From the NCBI RefSeq assembly GCF_009914755.1, contig NC_060931.1: a DNA stretch of 64,000 bases, one strand, 5' to 3'. The notes under the pieces are model-generated. The model saw only the letters and a program-made list of their open reading frames with translations. It was not told the DNA's origin and searched no databases. The stretch's first letter is position 1. The number at the start of each line of letters is the position of its first letter. Position numbers and translations under genes: made by a program. Source of the DNA: the human T2T-CHM13v2.0 reference genome, Homo sapiens. Positions 17,790 to 32,367 of this stretch are shown in pieces.

Positions 17790-18515
17790 AGGCGTAGAAG
17801 TGGTGAGAGATTGGAGCCCTTGTGTTGGGGGGCAGGGAACATGAAATAGTGTGTCCACTGTGGAAAACAGTATGGAAGCTTCTCAAAATATGAAAACTAG
17901 AATTACCATATGATCTTGTGAGTCCATGCTGGATATACATGCAAAAGAATTGAAATCAGGGACTCAAGCAGATACTTGCATACCTGTGTTCATGGCAGCA
18001 TTATCCACAGTAGCCAAAGGAGAAACAGCCCAAATGTCCTCCAGCAGATGAATAGATAAGCAAAATGTAGTATATGCATACAATGGAGTGTTATTCACCT
18101 TTGAAAAGAAAGGGAATTCTGTCACATGCTATGACACGGATGAACTTTGAGGACATTCTGCTACAGGAAATAGGAAATAGCCAGGCACAAAAGGACAGAT
18201 ACTGCATGATATTTAAGGAACCCAGAATAGGGACCTAGAATAGCTAAATTCATGTGACAGATGTAGAGTGGTCAAATTCATAGAGACAGAAAGTAGCGTG
18301 GTGGCTGCCAGGGGCTAGAGGGACGCAGAATGGAGAGTTTGTGTCGAATGGGGACAGACTTTCAATTTTGCACAACGAAAACATTCTGGAGATGAAGCGT
18401 GGTGATGATTGCACAATAACGTGAATGTGTTTAGATATCACTGAACTGTATTGTACGCTTACAATGGTTAAAATGGTAAATTTTATGTTAAGTGTATTTT
18501 ACCACATTTTTTTTT
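17790..18515 (+). mobile_element. L1MB (L1MB3-like) 3' end
   Basis: gaattaccatatgat..gcagcattat..aatggttaaaatggtaaattttatgtta. Confidence 0.88.
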
Positions 18516-19125
18516 TAAGAAAGAGAAGGTGCAGAAGTTGTACCAGCTCACCTTTCTGTCAGTGAGCCTCTTAGATCAGACAGGCCAAAACTTCTGGAGA
18601 CGTTCAGGCCACTGGGGTCCCCTTTCCCCAGCTGCCAAGCTGTTTTCTGATTTTCATAGCTGCCCTCAAGGCCTCCTGGCCGATCCTTGAACTTGCTGCG
18701 AACTTTATGGAGATTGGTGATTGCCCTGCTTCCTGGTGGCTGGGCTGCTATAAATAATAATAATGCTGATAATGAAAAGAATTGCTCAGGGTGCAGCAGG
18801 AGGCTCGCCAGGCTCCCAGACTCACGGGGGGAATGGGGAATGTCATGTCCAGGGGCTGCTTTATGTACTTGGTGTTAATAAATCATAATAATTAGATACT
18901 GGTCCAAGTCATTTGAAATTCATTTCTTTCATTCATGCAGCATTGCAGGAAGATGAAGATGCTGGCTGATTGACCTCATTCTTCACGTGCACTCAGGGCT
19001 CAGGGCCAGCGCAGGGCTGGGGAAGCTGCTTTCTTCCCACGCCTCCAGGGCCCAGCCTGGCCGTCTCACAACCTGGCCTCCTTCTTGTCTGTGAGCTCAC
19101 ACTCTCTTTCTTCCCCCGCATGCAG

Positions 19126-19257
19126 ATGGTGATGATGGCCAGGACACTGGCCACCTGCCTGCAGCATGCCCAGGGCCTGGGCTTTGAGGCTTGTCTTCCC
19201 ATCCTGAGTGCTCCACATGCTTTATCTCACTGGACCCTCACAACATGCCTTTGGCAG
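19126..19257 (+). ncRNA. LINC02901: 132-nt internal exon (open, phase 0/0; MVMMARTLATCLQHAQGLGFEACLPILSAPHALSHWTLTTCLWQ) of a putative lncRNA/de novo ORF transcript; tentatively LINC02901 (C6orf99)
   Basis: Acceptor ctctctttcttcccccgcatgcag| and donor cag|gtgagg are seen directly; gene identity is recalled from the peptide and not verified. Confidence 0.5.
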
Positions 19258-19275
19258 GTGAGGAGGCTGAGGCTG
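19200..19275 (-). mobile_element. MIR fragment overlapping the exon 3' end and donor
   Basis: acatgctttatctcactggaccctcacaaca and caggtgaggaggctgaggct match antisense MIR. Confidence 0.6.
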
Positions 19276-19321
19276 AAGCTTGGCCTTGAATGTTGGCATG
19301 AGTCCTCACCAGCGTGTGTAT

Positions 19322-19660
19322 TTGTCAGGTTAGACTGGGCTCTGCCGTGGTAACGAAACATCTACTAAATCTCAGTGGTTTCACATTGTCCTTGTTTATT
19401 TCTCACATATGCAAAATCTTCTGTGGGCCCGTGACTTCACAGGGCAGCTGTCCCTTGTACAGAAATCGAGCCCTGCAGGCTGCTCCTGTCTCCAAGCTTG
19501 GCCAGCTCCAGAGAAAGCGACCTTCACCTTCATGGTGGGGGAACGTCCATGGAGGTCTGTCACCCGCATGTTTACACTTCTGCCCAGAAGTGACACACGC
19601 ACTTCCTCTCATGCCTTTTATCCAGAGCAGCCACAAGCCAATCCCCCTGCGAGGGTCTTG
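19322..19660 (-). mobile_element. Old MaLR LTR (MLT1 family)
   Basis: tgtcaggttagactggg..gtggtaac..aaatctcagtggttt..tttatttctcac. Confidence 0.6.
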
Positions 19661-19726
19661 GGGTGTGGAGATCCTGGGCCTCCGTGAGCAGAACTGGAGG
19701 TGAGTGAGCTCCAGTGAGGTCTGCAG

Positions 19727-19935
19727 CTGTGTCTCCTCATCTCAGTGCTGTTGACCTTTGGAGCTGGAGAAATCTTTGCTACGGAGCCTGTCCTGGGAAT
19801 CGTAGGATGTTTAGCAGCATCCTTGGCCTCTACCCACCAGATGCCAGTGGCACCATCCACTTATGACACCAAAAATGTCTTCCACATTGCCAAATGTCCC
19901 TTTGTGGGCAAAACGGCCTTTAGTTGAGAACCCTC
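19727..19935. mobile_element. MER20 (hAT-Charlie)
   Basis: gtaggatgtttagcagcatccttggcctctacccaccagatgccagt..aaaaatgtct..cattgccaaatgtccc..gttgagaacc. Confidence 0.9.
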
Positions 19936-20084
19936 GGGGCCTGCACCATGCTGTGTCTATGGATAAGGTGCCCAACGCTCTGAATCTCTTTACTAATTTC
20001 GAGTTAATGCTGCCCACTCTACAGAGATGATGTGAGGATGAAATGTCTCTGACTCGTGTGAAAGTGTGCAGCACTGAATCCCAA

Positions 20085-20184
20085 CTCAGTAGGGCCAGGG
20101 CCCTGTTTTTGCTTCCCACTGTATTCCCAGTGACTGGCATGGAGGAGGCTCTCAGTGTTGATTGAGATGATGAATGAATGAATG
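20085..20184 (+). mobile_element. L2 3' terminus
   Basis: ctgtattcccagtgactggca..(TGAA)n end. Confidence 0.6.
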
Positions 20185-21131
20185 CTCAGTCCTGGCATAG
20201 GACAGTGCTGAGTAAGTGGCAGTTCCACCCCCACCCCATGACCTATTTACACACAGATATGGGTTTTTGGGCCTTCATGGAGGCAGGAAGCAAGGGGCAG
20301 AACAGGATGGCCCTGTTGCGCTTCTCTACCTGGCCGACAGGTGTCCCCCCGAGCCCCTTCTCACGGGGTACTGCTTCCAGAAAGGCTGTGATGGGGCTGC
20401 TTGCTCCCCAACTCTCCTTTTCCCTGGCCACTGGTCAGAGTCTCCTGGGAAGGTCTCGGCCGCAAGTTGGCCAGCCCGAGGGGGTCTTCGTCTGTAGGGA
20501 GTCTGTGCTTCTGCGGGGGAAGAACCTCCTGGGGAGCACATCTGGTGCTTTGACTCTGATGTCAGATCAGACAAGTCCAGTGCTCAGCAACCCCAGACTT
20601 CGCTGACAGAGGCTGTCACATTCCTTACACACCTGGGACACTTTCTCTCCCTGTTGAGACTAGCGCTTTTTCTCTTTCTCTGGACTTGGTTCCCCAAACC
20701 TGTGCTTCCCCAGCCCCTCCAGTTACCTCCAGCTCTTGGTGAATCACTCTGTGCCCCTGATACCCTTCACCCAGGCTGTGGGCCAGTCTCCATGAGCAGC
20801 GTCTGTCCTCACGTTGGCCTGTCCCCCTCTGGAGGCCTGTGTGCTGGGCTCCTCCGGCCATGCTGTCCTCACTCTCCTTTGGCTCCACACAGTTCTGCCG
20901 AGGGGCTTCAGCTCGGCTCTGAGTACCTCCTCTTGGCCTAAGACCTGCTCACTATCTTCTGCACTTTCTACCTGGGACAGGGAAAAAGGGTGCTGTGCCC
21001 TCTTCCCGTGGTTGTGGTGTGGTGGGAAGAGGAGACGCTGAGGAGCCAGACACATCTGGGAACCATCCCAGTTCAGTCTTTTCACAGCCTCGGTTTCCTC
21101 AGTTTCAAAGCGTTAATAAGGTTGACCCTCA

Positions 21132-21514
21132 TGTCTCGGTTACCTCAGGCTGCTGTAATAAAATAGCACAGACTGGGTGGCTTAAACAACAGACATTTCT
21201 CTCTCACAGCCCTAAAGGCTGGAAATCAAAGATCAAGATGTTGTCAGGCTGGAATCCCCTGAAGCCTCTCTCCTGGGCTTGCAGATGACGGTCCTCCCCC
21301 TGCGTCCCCACATGGTCCTCCCTCTGTGTGTCTCTGTCCTAATCTCCTCTTCTTATAAGGACACAGGTCATATTGGATGAGGGCCTACTCTAATCATCCC
21401 ATTTTACTTTAATTACTTCTTTGAAACCCTATCTCCAAATACAGCCACATCTGAGGGCCCAGGAGGTTGGACTTCAGTGTATGAGTTTTGGAGGGACACA
21501 GTTCAGCCCATAGC
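21132..21514 (-). mobile_element. MLT1B-like MaLR solo LTR
   Basis: gctgctgtaataaaatagcacagactgggtggcttaaacaacag..cttataaggacac..gacacagttcagcccatagca. Confidence 0.9.
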
Positions 21515-21961
21515 ACCTGGCAGTTGGACCTGAAGATGACCCCAAAGGATTGAATGAGTTGATGTGGTTACCTCCTGTTATGCTTCAAACCCATCCTGTG
21601 GCCGCCATCCAGCCCATGGGGTTCTGCCTCCAAACCATCATCTTCTACTCCGTTACTGCTCTCCTATTCAATGGCTGGAGACACAGAAGCCAAGACCTCC
21701 TAACTCCACATTTAATTTTTAATTTCCCCCACTTTTTACTTATTCTGTGCTGGGAACACAGAAGTTGCGCATAGATGGAAATGAGTACTGGGTGACATTT
21801 CAGGGGGATTACACATGGCCGTCTACCTTCTTAGCCCAATGGCTGGTTTGCATTTGCCCCAAGGGGTGGACTTGACTTCTGCTACTTCTGTGGTCACCTC
21901 TGTGCCCTCCCAGGTACAAGATGGAAGTCCTGATTTCAAGTCACTCCATTATTCTCCATGA

Positions 21962-22715
<754 letters not shown>

Positions 22716-24564
22716 GCATACTGGGTGTGAAAGCTGTGTGGAAATTGCCATACCCCTAGAGGAGTGAGACTTTGTCATCCTTCGGCCATTCGTTCATGCT
22801 TTCCTGAGTCCACCCCTCCGGTGTCTACTGGAGTCTCCCACTGGCCATGCATGAGGAGGATACAGGGCAAGTCTGACGCTGACACTGTTCTCAAGGGCTC
22901 TGTCATCCTGGGGCGATTGTCTGAGGCCTCCTGCAATTCCTACAAGGCAAGGCCTAAAGGGCCACTGGCAGGATGTGGGGACGCCCCTGTGCCAGCTCAG
23001 AGCAGCAGCGTTGGGGAAGGTGTGTGCCCGGTGTGCGGCCTTCGAGTTGGCCCCTGAGGTGTGGCGTGACGTTGCTCTGGGAGTCAGGAGCAGGGAAAGG
23101 GCCTGAAGCAGGTGGAACAGCCTGGGAGGGTGCAGGGCCAGGTATGGTTAGAAATGGTCTGCCTCCCTCGACAAAGAGCTACATACATCCAAGCTGCAAA
23201 CAGTCCCCTAAACCCTGTGCAGCTGGCAAAGCCCATGTGTTTAAAAAGCCTGCAAGTCCCCGACCCCAGGGTGGCCCCAGCAGGATGTTGAGGAAGGCTA
23301 TTCAAGGCATTTGGAGATGAAGTCATCAGGATTCTTTCAATACTGCTTAGATTTCATGTAACCTGAAACTTTTACACAAGCCAGTCTCTGCCTATGAATG
23401 AAAGAATACTGTTCCCCCACCTCCAACCAAACCCTTCCCTTTCCCCCTTTCTTTGATCTGGTGACAGACAAAAGAGACACGTTTGCCTATGGAAGCCATG
23501 GGATTTAGGTTCCAGGCCTACCCAGTGCTCACTCTGAAATTCCCAGAAATAAGGTTAAATGGCTGAGCCTGGCTGCAAAGCTGAAATGTGCAAGGACCAA
23601 TGAGGGAAATGTAAGAAGGGCGGGGTAGGGTGCCAAGTTGGGATGATGAGGGCAGACAATGGGTGGTCCTGGTGCTATACAAGCTCTGGGGAAATATCTG
23701 AGCAACTCTGAATCTGACATGTTCCACACTGATGGACTCTGAGATTTAGACAGCAGTAAAGGAGTGGCCAGGAGCTGGCCAGGCCAGGTGGGGGTGGCTA
23801 TTCCATCAGGGAGTGGGGACCTTGTGGTCTTGAGTGATGCTGAAGGGCATGGGGCCTGGGCTCCTCAGAAAGAAACAAGCCTGCCCCATGCTGCTGGCAG
23901 GCCCTCCTGCCCATTTCTGGGGTTATCTGCAAACTACCTTCAGGGAGTTTAGCAGGAACCAAAACAATGAACTCTTGAGAACAAGGTTGCCCTTAAAGGA
24001 ATCCACACCCTGAAAAGCCACTGAGGCCTGATACCTCAATTTCCTGGTGAAGGATGTTTTTATCTGGTTGGCTGGGCACTCAGCTCATGGTGTGTTTGTT
24101 CAGTAAGTCATTCTGCCTAGCCCCCACGTGTCAGGGGTTTCCCCCTGGCCTGCGGAGCTGGGAAGGGCAGGCTCTCCATCCTGCGATCTGTCCATTTCTG
24201 TCAACTCAACCTCTCCTAGATGATTAATCTGCTCCCAACCAGCAAAACAGAATACTGTATGTAGAATACTGTACTCAGGATACAGCCAGAAACACCTTTG
24301 ATCTGATTCTCATCAAATGTTCTGCTATGAACACAAAGTTTACACTCATGGAGGATTGCATGAAAGTCTCTTTCTTCTAAGAAGACTACATTTCAAACTT
24401 GGATTAAACAAAATTGGGAAGCGTATATTTTAAACACAGTGTTTGGCTCCTTGTAGAACATTTACCTTTACTGAATTATACATGGGGATTAGGCCAACGG
24501 TCAGCATGGAGAGATGTGAGAGTCAATTAAAAAAAAGAAGAGTTGAAACATAGATAGTGTTGCC

Positions 24565-24760
24565 CAGCAGTTGAGAGAATAGGCTTTGGTGCCAGTAAAA
24601 CACTGGTGTCCTATGGCACATTACTTAAGGTGTCTGTGCCTCAGTTTCTTCACCTGCAAAGTGAAGCTGTCGCTCTACCTACTTTATAGGCTGGCTGGGA
24701 TGATTGAGTGAGAGGAAGAAGGTCAATGCCATGCCCCATAGAGCAGGTGCCCTTCCGTGC
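24565..24760 (+). mobile_element. MIR
   Basis: ttacttaa..ctgtgcctcagtttcttcacctgcaaa..tacctactttataggg. Confidence 0.75.
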
Positions 24761-25484
24761 ATGTTGCTGGAGAGGTCAGAGACCAAAGGAAGGTAGGCAT
24801 GGCAGCAGGCATGATCAAGTGGAGGCTGGTTCTTCTCAGCCAGACTGGCTGGCACCAAAACTGTTTCCCAGTTCTGTTTTTGGTTTTTATGTATTTATTA
24901 ATTTTTTCACTCTGCTGCTCCACTATAAAGCCAACACAGAGTTTCCAACCAATGGCTTCTTCCTTCAACAATTTAACATCCAGCCAGGTGCATCTGTAGC
25001 GAGCCAGTTGGAGGCATTCTGGCTGGAGGGTGCAGGGCTAAACTGATTACTCTGCATGTTGCTGTTCTGGTTTGTAAAGAAGCAATGTTCCTCATTAGTG
25101 TGTGTTAGCCTGTAGAGAGCAGAAGTTGAATTAGGAATTGCTGATTGAAAACCTGATTTTTGAACTCTCCATAACCTGGTAAATGTTTAAATGTCCTATT
25201 AGGAGGAAATTAAAGCTCTGCTGGACTAGTTATAGATTAACAATAGGAAATCTTATTATAAAAGTATAAAGAGATTTCACATTTCCTCAATATTCAGAAC
25301 AATATCAACCTAGCAATAGCAACTTGTTATTTGACATTAAGCACAGAAACCAGATTATTACCATAGTAATGAACTTGTTTTTCTGTTCTTCTTGCAATGA
25401 ATGACACTGATTTCTGCATATGGTTGACTACACTTTGTCACAAGGGTCATAAGAGAGTTGGCTCTTCTTGCTTTTTTTTTTTTT

Positions 25485-26051
<567 letters not shown>

Positions 26052-26879
26052 AGCTTTTTTTTTAAAAAAAACAGGTTAAAAAATCGTGCTGAACAGCCCT
26101 GAAGTAATCATGTATGTTGATGCAGTACTTTGCATCAATTATACTACATATATTCTCTCTCTCATTCCAATTATTTTTCTCATTCTTTCACTCTCTCCTT
26201 TGTTTTTAAACCTTCTCTCACTGTCTTTCTCACAAAAATATGAACACACTTATATAAGCTTACACACACAAATCTTAACCTATAATTAACACAAGTGAAC
26301 AAATTAAAATTAAATGCTAGAGGAGTGAAGAATCAGTAAAGAGAATTATGAAGTTATAAAACAAAATTAAATATCTAGATACATTAAGAATTTTTAGGTC
26401 AACATCTTCTCTGCAAATGTTAAAGTCAACAAAGAGATCCAATTCCTTTGCTGAGGAATAAAAGCTTTTTAAACACATTTTAAAAAGGAGTTGTTTATGA
26501 TTAGAAGATCCAGATGTGCTCATATTTAAAAAGATATTTTTAAACTAAAACTGACCGCCCAATTGAAAGACTCATACTTTTTTGTTTAATGTGGTTATAG
26601 TTTAGACGAGAATCAGACTAGTTATAATCCAGAAATACTTTAGTTCTGAAAGTTAGGGATCGATATAAAGTTTTATGGATGAAATTTTTGAATTTTGAGA
26701 GAGTAGGCTGCATACAACTTCATGCTGTTTTCAAATTTTAACTCCAGATTGAAAAATTTTTATTGTATTTTTAGCAATTTCATCAAAGGGCTGATGGCTT
26801 TCAAGTTTAAACTCTAGCTTAAGGATTGAATTTTAATAAACAGAAAAGGTCTCTGGTCACAAGCGCACTCTTTGAAGGT

Positions 26880-27490
26880 TATCACACATTGTATATAAAT
26901 GTACCTGTATGAGCGTCATCACTCAGATTAAAATGCCAAGGTCAGCAGCACCCCGGAAGCCATTCTCTCCTTCTCAAAGGTGGCCACTATCTGACTTCCA
27001 GTGACACAAATGGATTTGCTTGTCTCTGAACTTTTATAATGGGGATTATCCACTGAGTATGCCTTTGATAAGGCCTCTCGTTTGAGAGATTGAGGGTCGG
27101 CTTCGCGTTTGAGAGATTTCTCCTTGCTGTTGTGTGTAGTATTAGTTCACTCACTTTTATTCTGCATAGTGTTTTGTTGTGTGAGTATCCTGCTTCAGCT
27201 ATCCTGTTATCCATGGACAGTTGTGGGCTGTTTCCTCCTCGTTCCCTGGTTTTGGTTTACAGCAAATGATGCCTCTGTAAGCATTCCTATATGTCTATTT
27301 ATGTCTATGTGCTCGCATTGACGTTGGGCTTTTCCTAGGAAGGAAGTTTCTAGGGAGCAGGTTTGTGTAATGTTCATATTTAGTAGTTGCTTTCCAAGGG
27401 TTTTCTGAAGTGGTTGTGCCCATTTTCATCAGCAGCGTACGTGAGTGCCCATGGCTCCCTTCCTTTCCAACGGTTGGTGTTGCCCCAGCC
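26880..27490 (-). mobile_element. L1ME-type 3' fragment
   Basis: ccactatctgacttc..tctctgaacttttataatggg..ttcatatttagtag..ttccaag. Confidence 0.65.
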
Positions 27491-27619
27491 TCCACTGCCA
27501 CTGCATCTCACAAGAGCTCCAGGGTAAGGAGTTTCTCTTTTTGTCAGTTAGAATGTTAACGATCCCCCTTCAGTAAACTAGAGGACTTCTGCACCCTCAC
27601 TTTCCCCTTGACTTTTGTC

Positions 27620-28170
27620 ATTTATTCTATTAAGATATAATTCACACACCATACACGCCACCATTATCAATGTCTACAATCTTCATAAGGTTGTGGAACC
27701 ATAACCATAATCCAGTTCTGGAATACACATCTACTGAGAGCCATGTTTTCAAGGTTCAGGCGTGTGTTGTTGCATGCATCAGTTGCATGTATCATTCATT
27801 ATTATAGCTGAATAATACTCCATTGTCTGGCTGGAATGCATTTTGTTTTCCATTCATCAGTTGATGGGCATTTGGGTTGATTCTGCTTTTTGCCAATTTG
27901 GAATCATGCTGCTATAAATATTAGTGTACAGGTTTTTGGGTAGACATGTGTTTTCAGTTCTCTTGGGTATGTCCCTTGGAGTAGAATTGCTGGGTCATGT
28001 GGGAATTCTATGTTTAACTTTTTGAGGGACCACCAGATTGTTTTCCACAGCAGCTACTCCATTTTGCATTCCCACCAGCAGTGTATGAGGCTTTTAAATT
28101 CTCCACGTCCTTACCAACACTTGTTATTGTCCTTTTTAAAATTGTATTTTAGCCATCCTAGTGGGTGCAC
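27620..28170 (-). mobile_element. L1MB-type 3' fragment
   Basis: gctgaataatactccattgt..cattcatcagttgatgggcatttggg..ttagccatcctagtgggtg. Confidence 0.85.
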
Positions 28171-29222
28171 ACTCATTTTTGCAACCAAATTTCTCTTGGC
28201 AGATTCTCATAAACTCAGAGTCAAGGTTGATTTCTTTCTCTTTATTTTCCTATAGGAAGGAGATTTAGCACACCTCTTTTAAAAACAGAAATACTCACAG
28301 TTAAAAGCCTTGATTTGTTACTAGCAAGACTATCATAATTACACCAACTTTAACGCTTATTCTTTAATAGTTGTAGAGATCATAAAAAAGAACTTCTTCT
28401 GTTCCCCTGAAATTGATAGCTGGTCCCCAAATCTTCAGACAAAGAAGATATCAAGTACAGCTTATTCTAAAGAGAATTGCAAGATGAGAGGCAGATACTT
28501 GCTCCAGGTTTTATGAAGAGGCCGGCAGACCCTGATCACCAAAAAGTAGGGTACCCCTCCTCCCACCCCACCCCACACACCCCCAATACCACATGGACAT
28601 GTCCACCCAAGTTCTCCCACTTCAGTGGGCCAGGTGTCCCAGCTCCCACTTTGTGGTTTCATCACGATCAGTGAAATCAGACAATTCCTCGACGTTTTGC
28701 TCATATTTTCATTTTGATACCTTGGGTATCTATTCCGTTTCCCTTGTTTTGTAGTCTCCCATGATCTCCCATGACTCATAACTCACAGACATTTCTCCCA
28801 ATTTCCTCCGAGAAGGTTTCCCATCATATTAATGCACATTTCGACCGCTTGGTGTTTTTTTTTGCCGAGGAGCTCTGGTGCCTCCTGGCTCAGAGCTAGA
28901 CTGAGGTCCCAGCTGAAGGCATTTTCAGGAATTTCCATAAATCAGGCGTGGCTTCCTGCCCAAAGGCAAGGCAGCTTGGAGGGGGTTTCACAAAGAGAAG
29001 TTTCCACATGGGGAGGAGTGGTCTTCCCAGCTGTCTCTGGTTCTAGGGGAGCACCCTCCAGGAGCAGGAATTCCTCCTGCTCTCAGTCCCCGGGTCTCCA
29101 AGTCTCCACTGCAGGTGGGAGTCAGAACCCAGGAAACACATGACAACCAGGCTGTGCGCATTGGTTGCTGAAGCGCTCATCACACTTCTTGAGGTGCTCC
29201 ATCCTTCCTTGAGGAGGCACAC

Positions 29223-30115
29223 TGCCATGGGTTGAATGGTGTTCCCCAAAAGATATGCTGACATTTGAAAACAAACTTATGGGTAATAAAGGTTAGAGCC
29301 TTATATGTATACAAGGTGTACTAACCACACAGTTTAATATGTAGCAAAAATGTACACTCGATATTTTTGAACTGGTTATTTTTTTTTTTTTTTTTTGCTG
29401 TATTCCAACTGACCAGGACAATGTTAAGAATACATCTTAAATGGGTGCTCACTGATAAAGGAATGGTTAATAATGAAGCCATACATTTATGTCTGGATTT
29501 AAACATTTTAAGGACTCATTTACCAAGTCCTTGTCTGTTGCCTTGAAGAACATAAACTGCTGTTTCCAGTATTCACATCAGCAGGATCTTATTCATAATA
29601 CAAAACGTCTTATTGCATTGAAATGTACTGTAACATGGGAAAATTTAAGCCTTTTGTATGTTTTCTTTCATTGTGAAATAAAATTTAATTCTGAAAGAAA
29701 AAAATACGTTGAAATCCCAACTCCCCCCTAACTGTGAATGTAACCTTGTTTGGAAATAGGACCTTCACAGGTGTGATCAAGTTAAGATGAGGTCACTTGG
29801 GTGCACCCTGATTCAATAAGACTGGTGTCCTTATAAGAAGAGGGAAAGCTGGACACAGACGCAGAGGGCAGAGGCCACGGGAAGACGGAGGCAGCGCTTG
29901 GAGTGATGCGCATGAGCCAAGGAGAACCGGGAGCCTCAGAAACTCGAAGAGTCAGGAGGAACCCTCCCCTGGAGCCTTCAAAGACAACACAGCCCTGCTG
30001 ACCCTTGATTCAGATCTCTGGCTTCCAGAACTGGAACTGTGAGGGAGTAGAGTTAGGCGGTTTAAGCTACCTGGTTTGTGGAACTGTGCAATGGCAGCTC
30101 TGGGAGAGTAGGACA
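29223..30115 (+). mobile_element. MLT1C-like MaLR LTR split by a retrocopy insert
   Basis: atgggttgaat..ccccaaaagatatgctga [insert] aatcccaac..gtgaatgtaaccttgtttggaaatagg..cttccagaact. Confidence 0.88.
29262..29700 (+). pseudogene. 5'-truncated processed retrocopy of an mRNA 3' UTR (parent not identified)
   Basis: AT-rich non-repeat insert; AATAAA 29677-29682 then A-rich remnant; 14-bp TSD aaaagatatgctga / aaaaaatacgttga (11/14). Confidence 0.7.
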
Positions 30116-30289
30116 GATGTTGAGCGCACCGACTCCCAGACCTCCCTGGCCAGATGACTGGGCTTGCCTGGTCTGCACCTCAGCCTCCTGGCTCTTCCCC
30201 TGCCTGGAACCCTGTATATGGTCTCATCATGGCTGGCCTAGCTCATCATGCTTCTGCTGTGAGACCCCTCATTAGATTAGTTGGATAAT

Positions 30290-30566
30290 GGCTGGGTGTG
30301 ATGGCTCATGCCTGCAATCCCAGCACTTTGCGTGGCTGAGGCAGGAAGATCACTTGAAGTCAGGAGTTCAAGACCAGCCTGGCCAACATGGTGAAACCCT
30401 ATCTCTACTAAAAATGCAAAAATTAACCAGATGTGGTGGTGGATGCCTGTAATCCCAGCTACTCGGGAGGCTGATGAGGCAAGAGAATCACTTGAACCCC
30501 GGAGGCAGAGGTTGCAGTGAGCTAAGACTGTGCTACTGTACTCCAGTGTGGGCGACAAGAGCGAGG
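30290..30566 (+). mobile_element. AluS lacking A-tail
   Basis: Alu consensus stops at caagagcgag. Confidence 0.93.
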
Positions 30567-30859
30567 CTGTTGAAGTCTGCCTGGCTTCATCTCCTCTCAG
30601 GAACTTGCATGGGGTGTTCATTTTGTTCTGGTTTTGCTTTTCAAGCTGGATCTTCCAGGTGGAAGAAACTTCAGAGGTCATCTCCAGCCTTGACATTTCC
30701 TAGTTTTTATTTGAGAAATCAGGAAAGAGAGGCTCAAAGAGAGAAACAAGGCAGATCTGTCTTCTCAAAGCCCTCTTCATCACCTGGATCTAAATTCCTC
30801 ACCTTCTCTATGAGTTAAATAGAGAGGCGCCATAACCATGCAATATGCAAAATGCATGT

Positions 30860-31030
30860 GCCTATTGGATGGTCATTGCATTGAACTCTTTGGCATCCTT
30901 GAGAGAGGCACAGTTGTTAGCCCAGGTTGCAGATGAGGAAACAATCTCAGTGGGGTTACGTGCCTCCTCCATGTCTCACAGCGAATCCTGGATGGGGCAG
31001 GATTTGCACACAGGACTGTCACTGTTGACT
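30860..31030 (-). mobile_element. MIR
   Basis: gcagatgaggaaac..tcacagc..gcaggatttgcacacagg. Confidence 0.65.
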
Positions 31031-31413
31031 GCACAGCAAACATGTGCAAACCTCTCCCTGCAGCGTGCTTCTGTCTAATGCCTCTCAAGTCGTCTCTCCT
31101 AAAGCAATTTTGGTTGGCCAGTGGGGTGCTCTGAGGCCACAGCCCTTGGTGCCATTCTTGGGGGATCCATCCCTTACTTCTAGCCTGGATCCTGGAGTCT
31201 CACCCTGAAATTTTGTTCTGATCCTTGTATGTGGTGTCAAAACTCTGTAGAGGTCACTTCCACAAACACCCTGACACCTAATATCCATGCAGACTGATTA
31301 ATTAACTGAAGTTTTTGTAGAGGGGCTAGTTGGGCAAGGTGACCTTAAGTTTTCACCCCATTTTGAGATGCAGATTCTGTGAATTAGAAGTCTGTGAGAA
31401 AACAAACAAAATC

Positions 31414-31750
<337 letters not shown>

Positions 31751-32065
31751 CTAGAGTGGGTAAGGAAGGCTGGGCAGCTTTTTACGCCTCCTCAGGTGTT
31801 CGTCAACTGAAAAGAATCTAGCAAGCCACAGAACAGACTTCCTGCCCTCCTCTGCAGCCTGGAAGGTAGGTGGGAAGGTATTTCTCATAGGGAAAGCAGA
31901 CACCAGGCATTTGAGCCTTAGAGCTAGGTTGGAAGGTTGTGCAGACGAGCCCTGTCATTCCCAAAGTGCCAGTCAACTCCATGAGGGGCTGCTCCTCTGA
32001 GTTCTTCCTGCAATGCGGTTCTTTCATTGCTCTTTCCTTCACCCTACCTCCAATTTTTATTCTTT

Positions 32066-32367
<302 letters not shown>

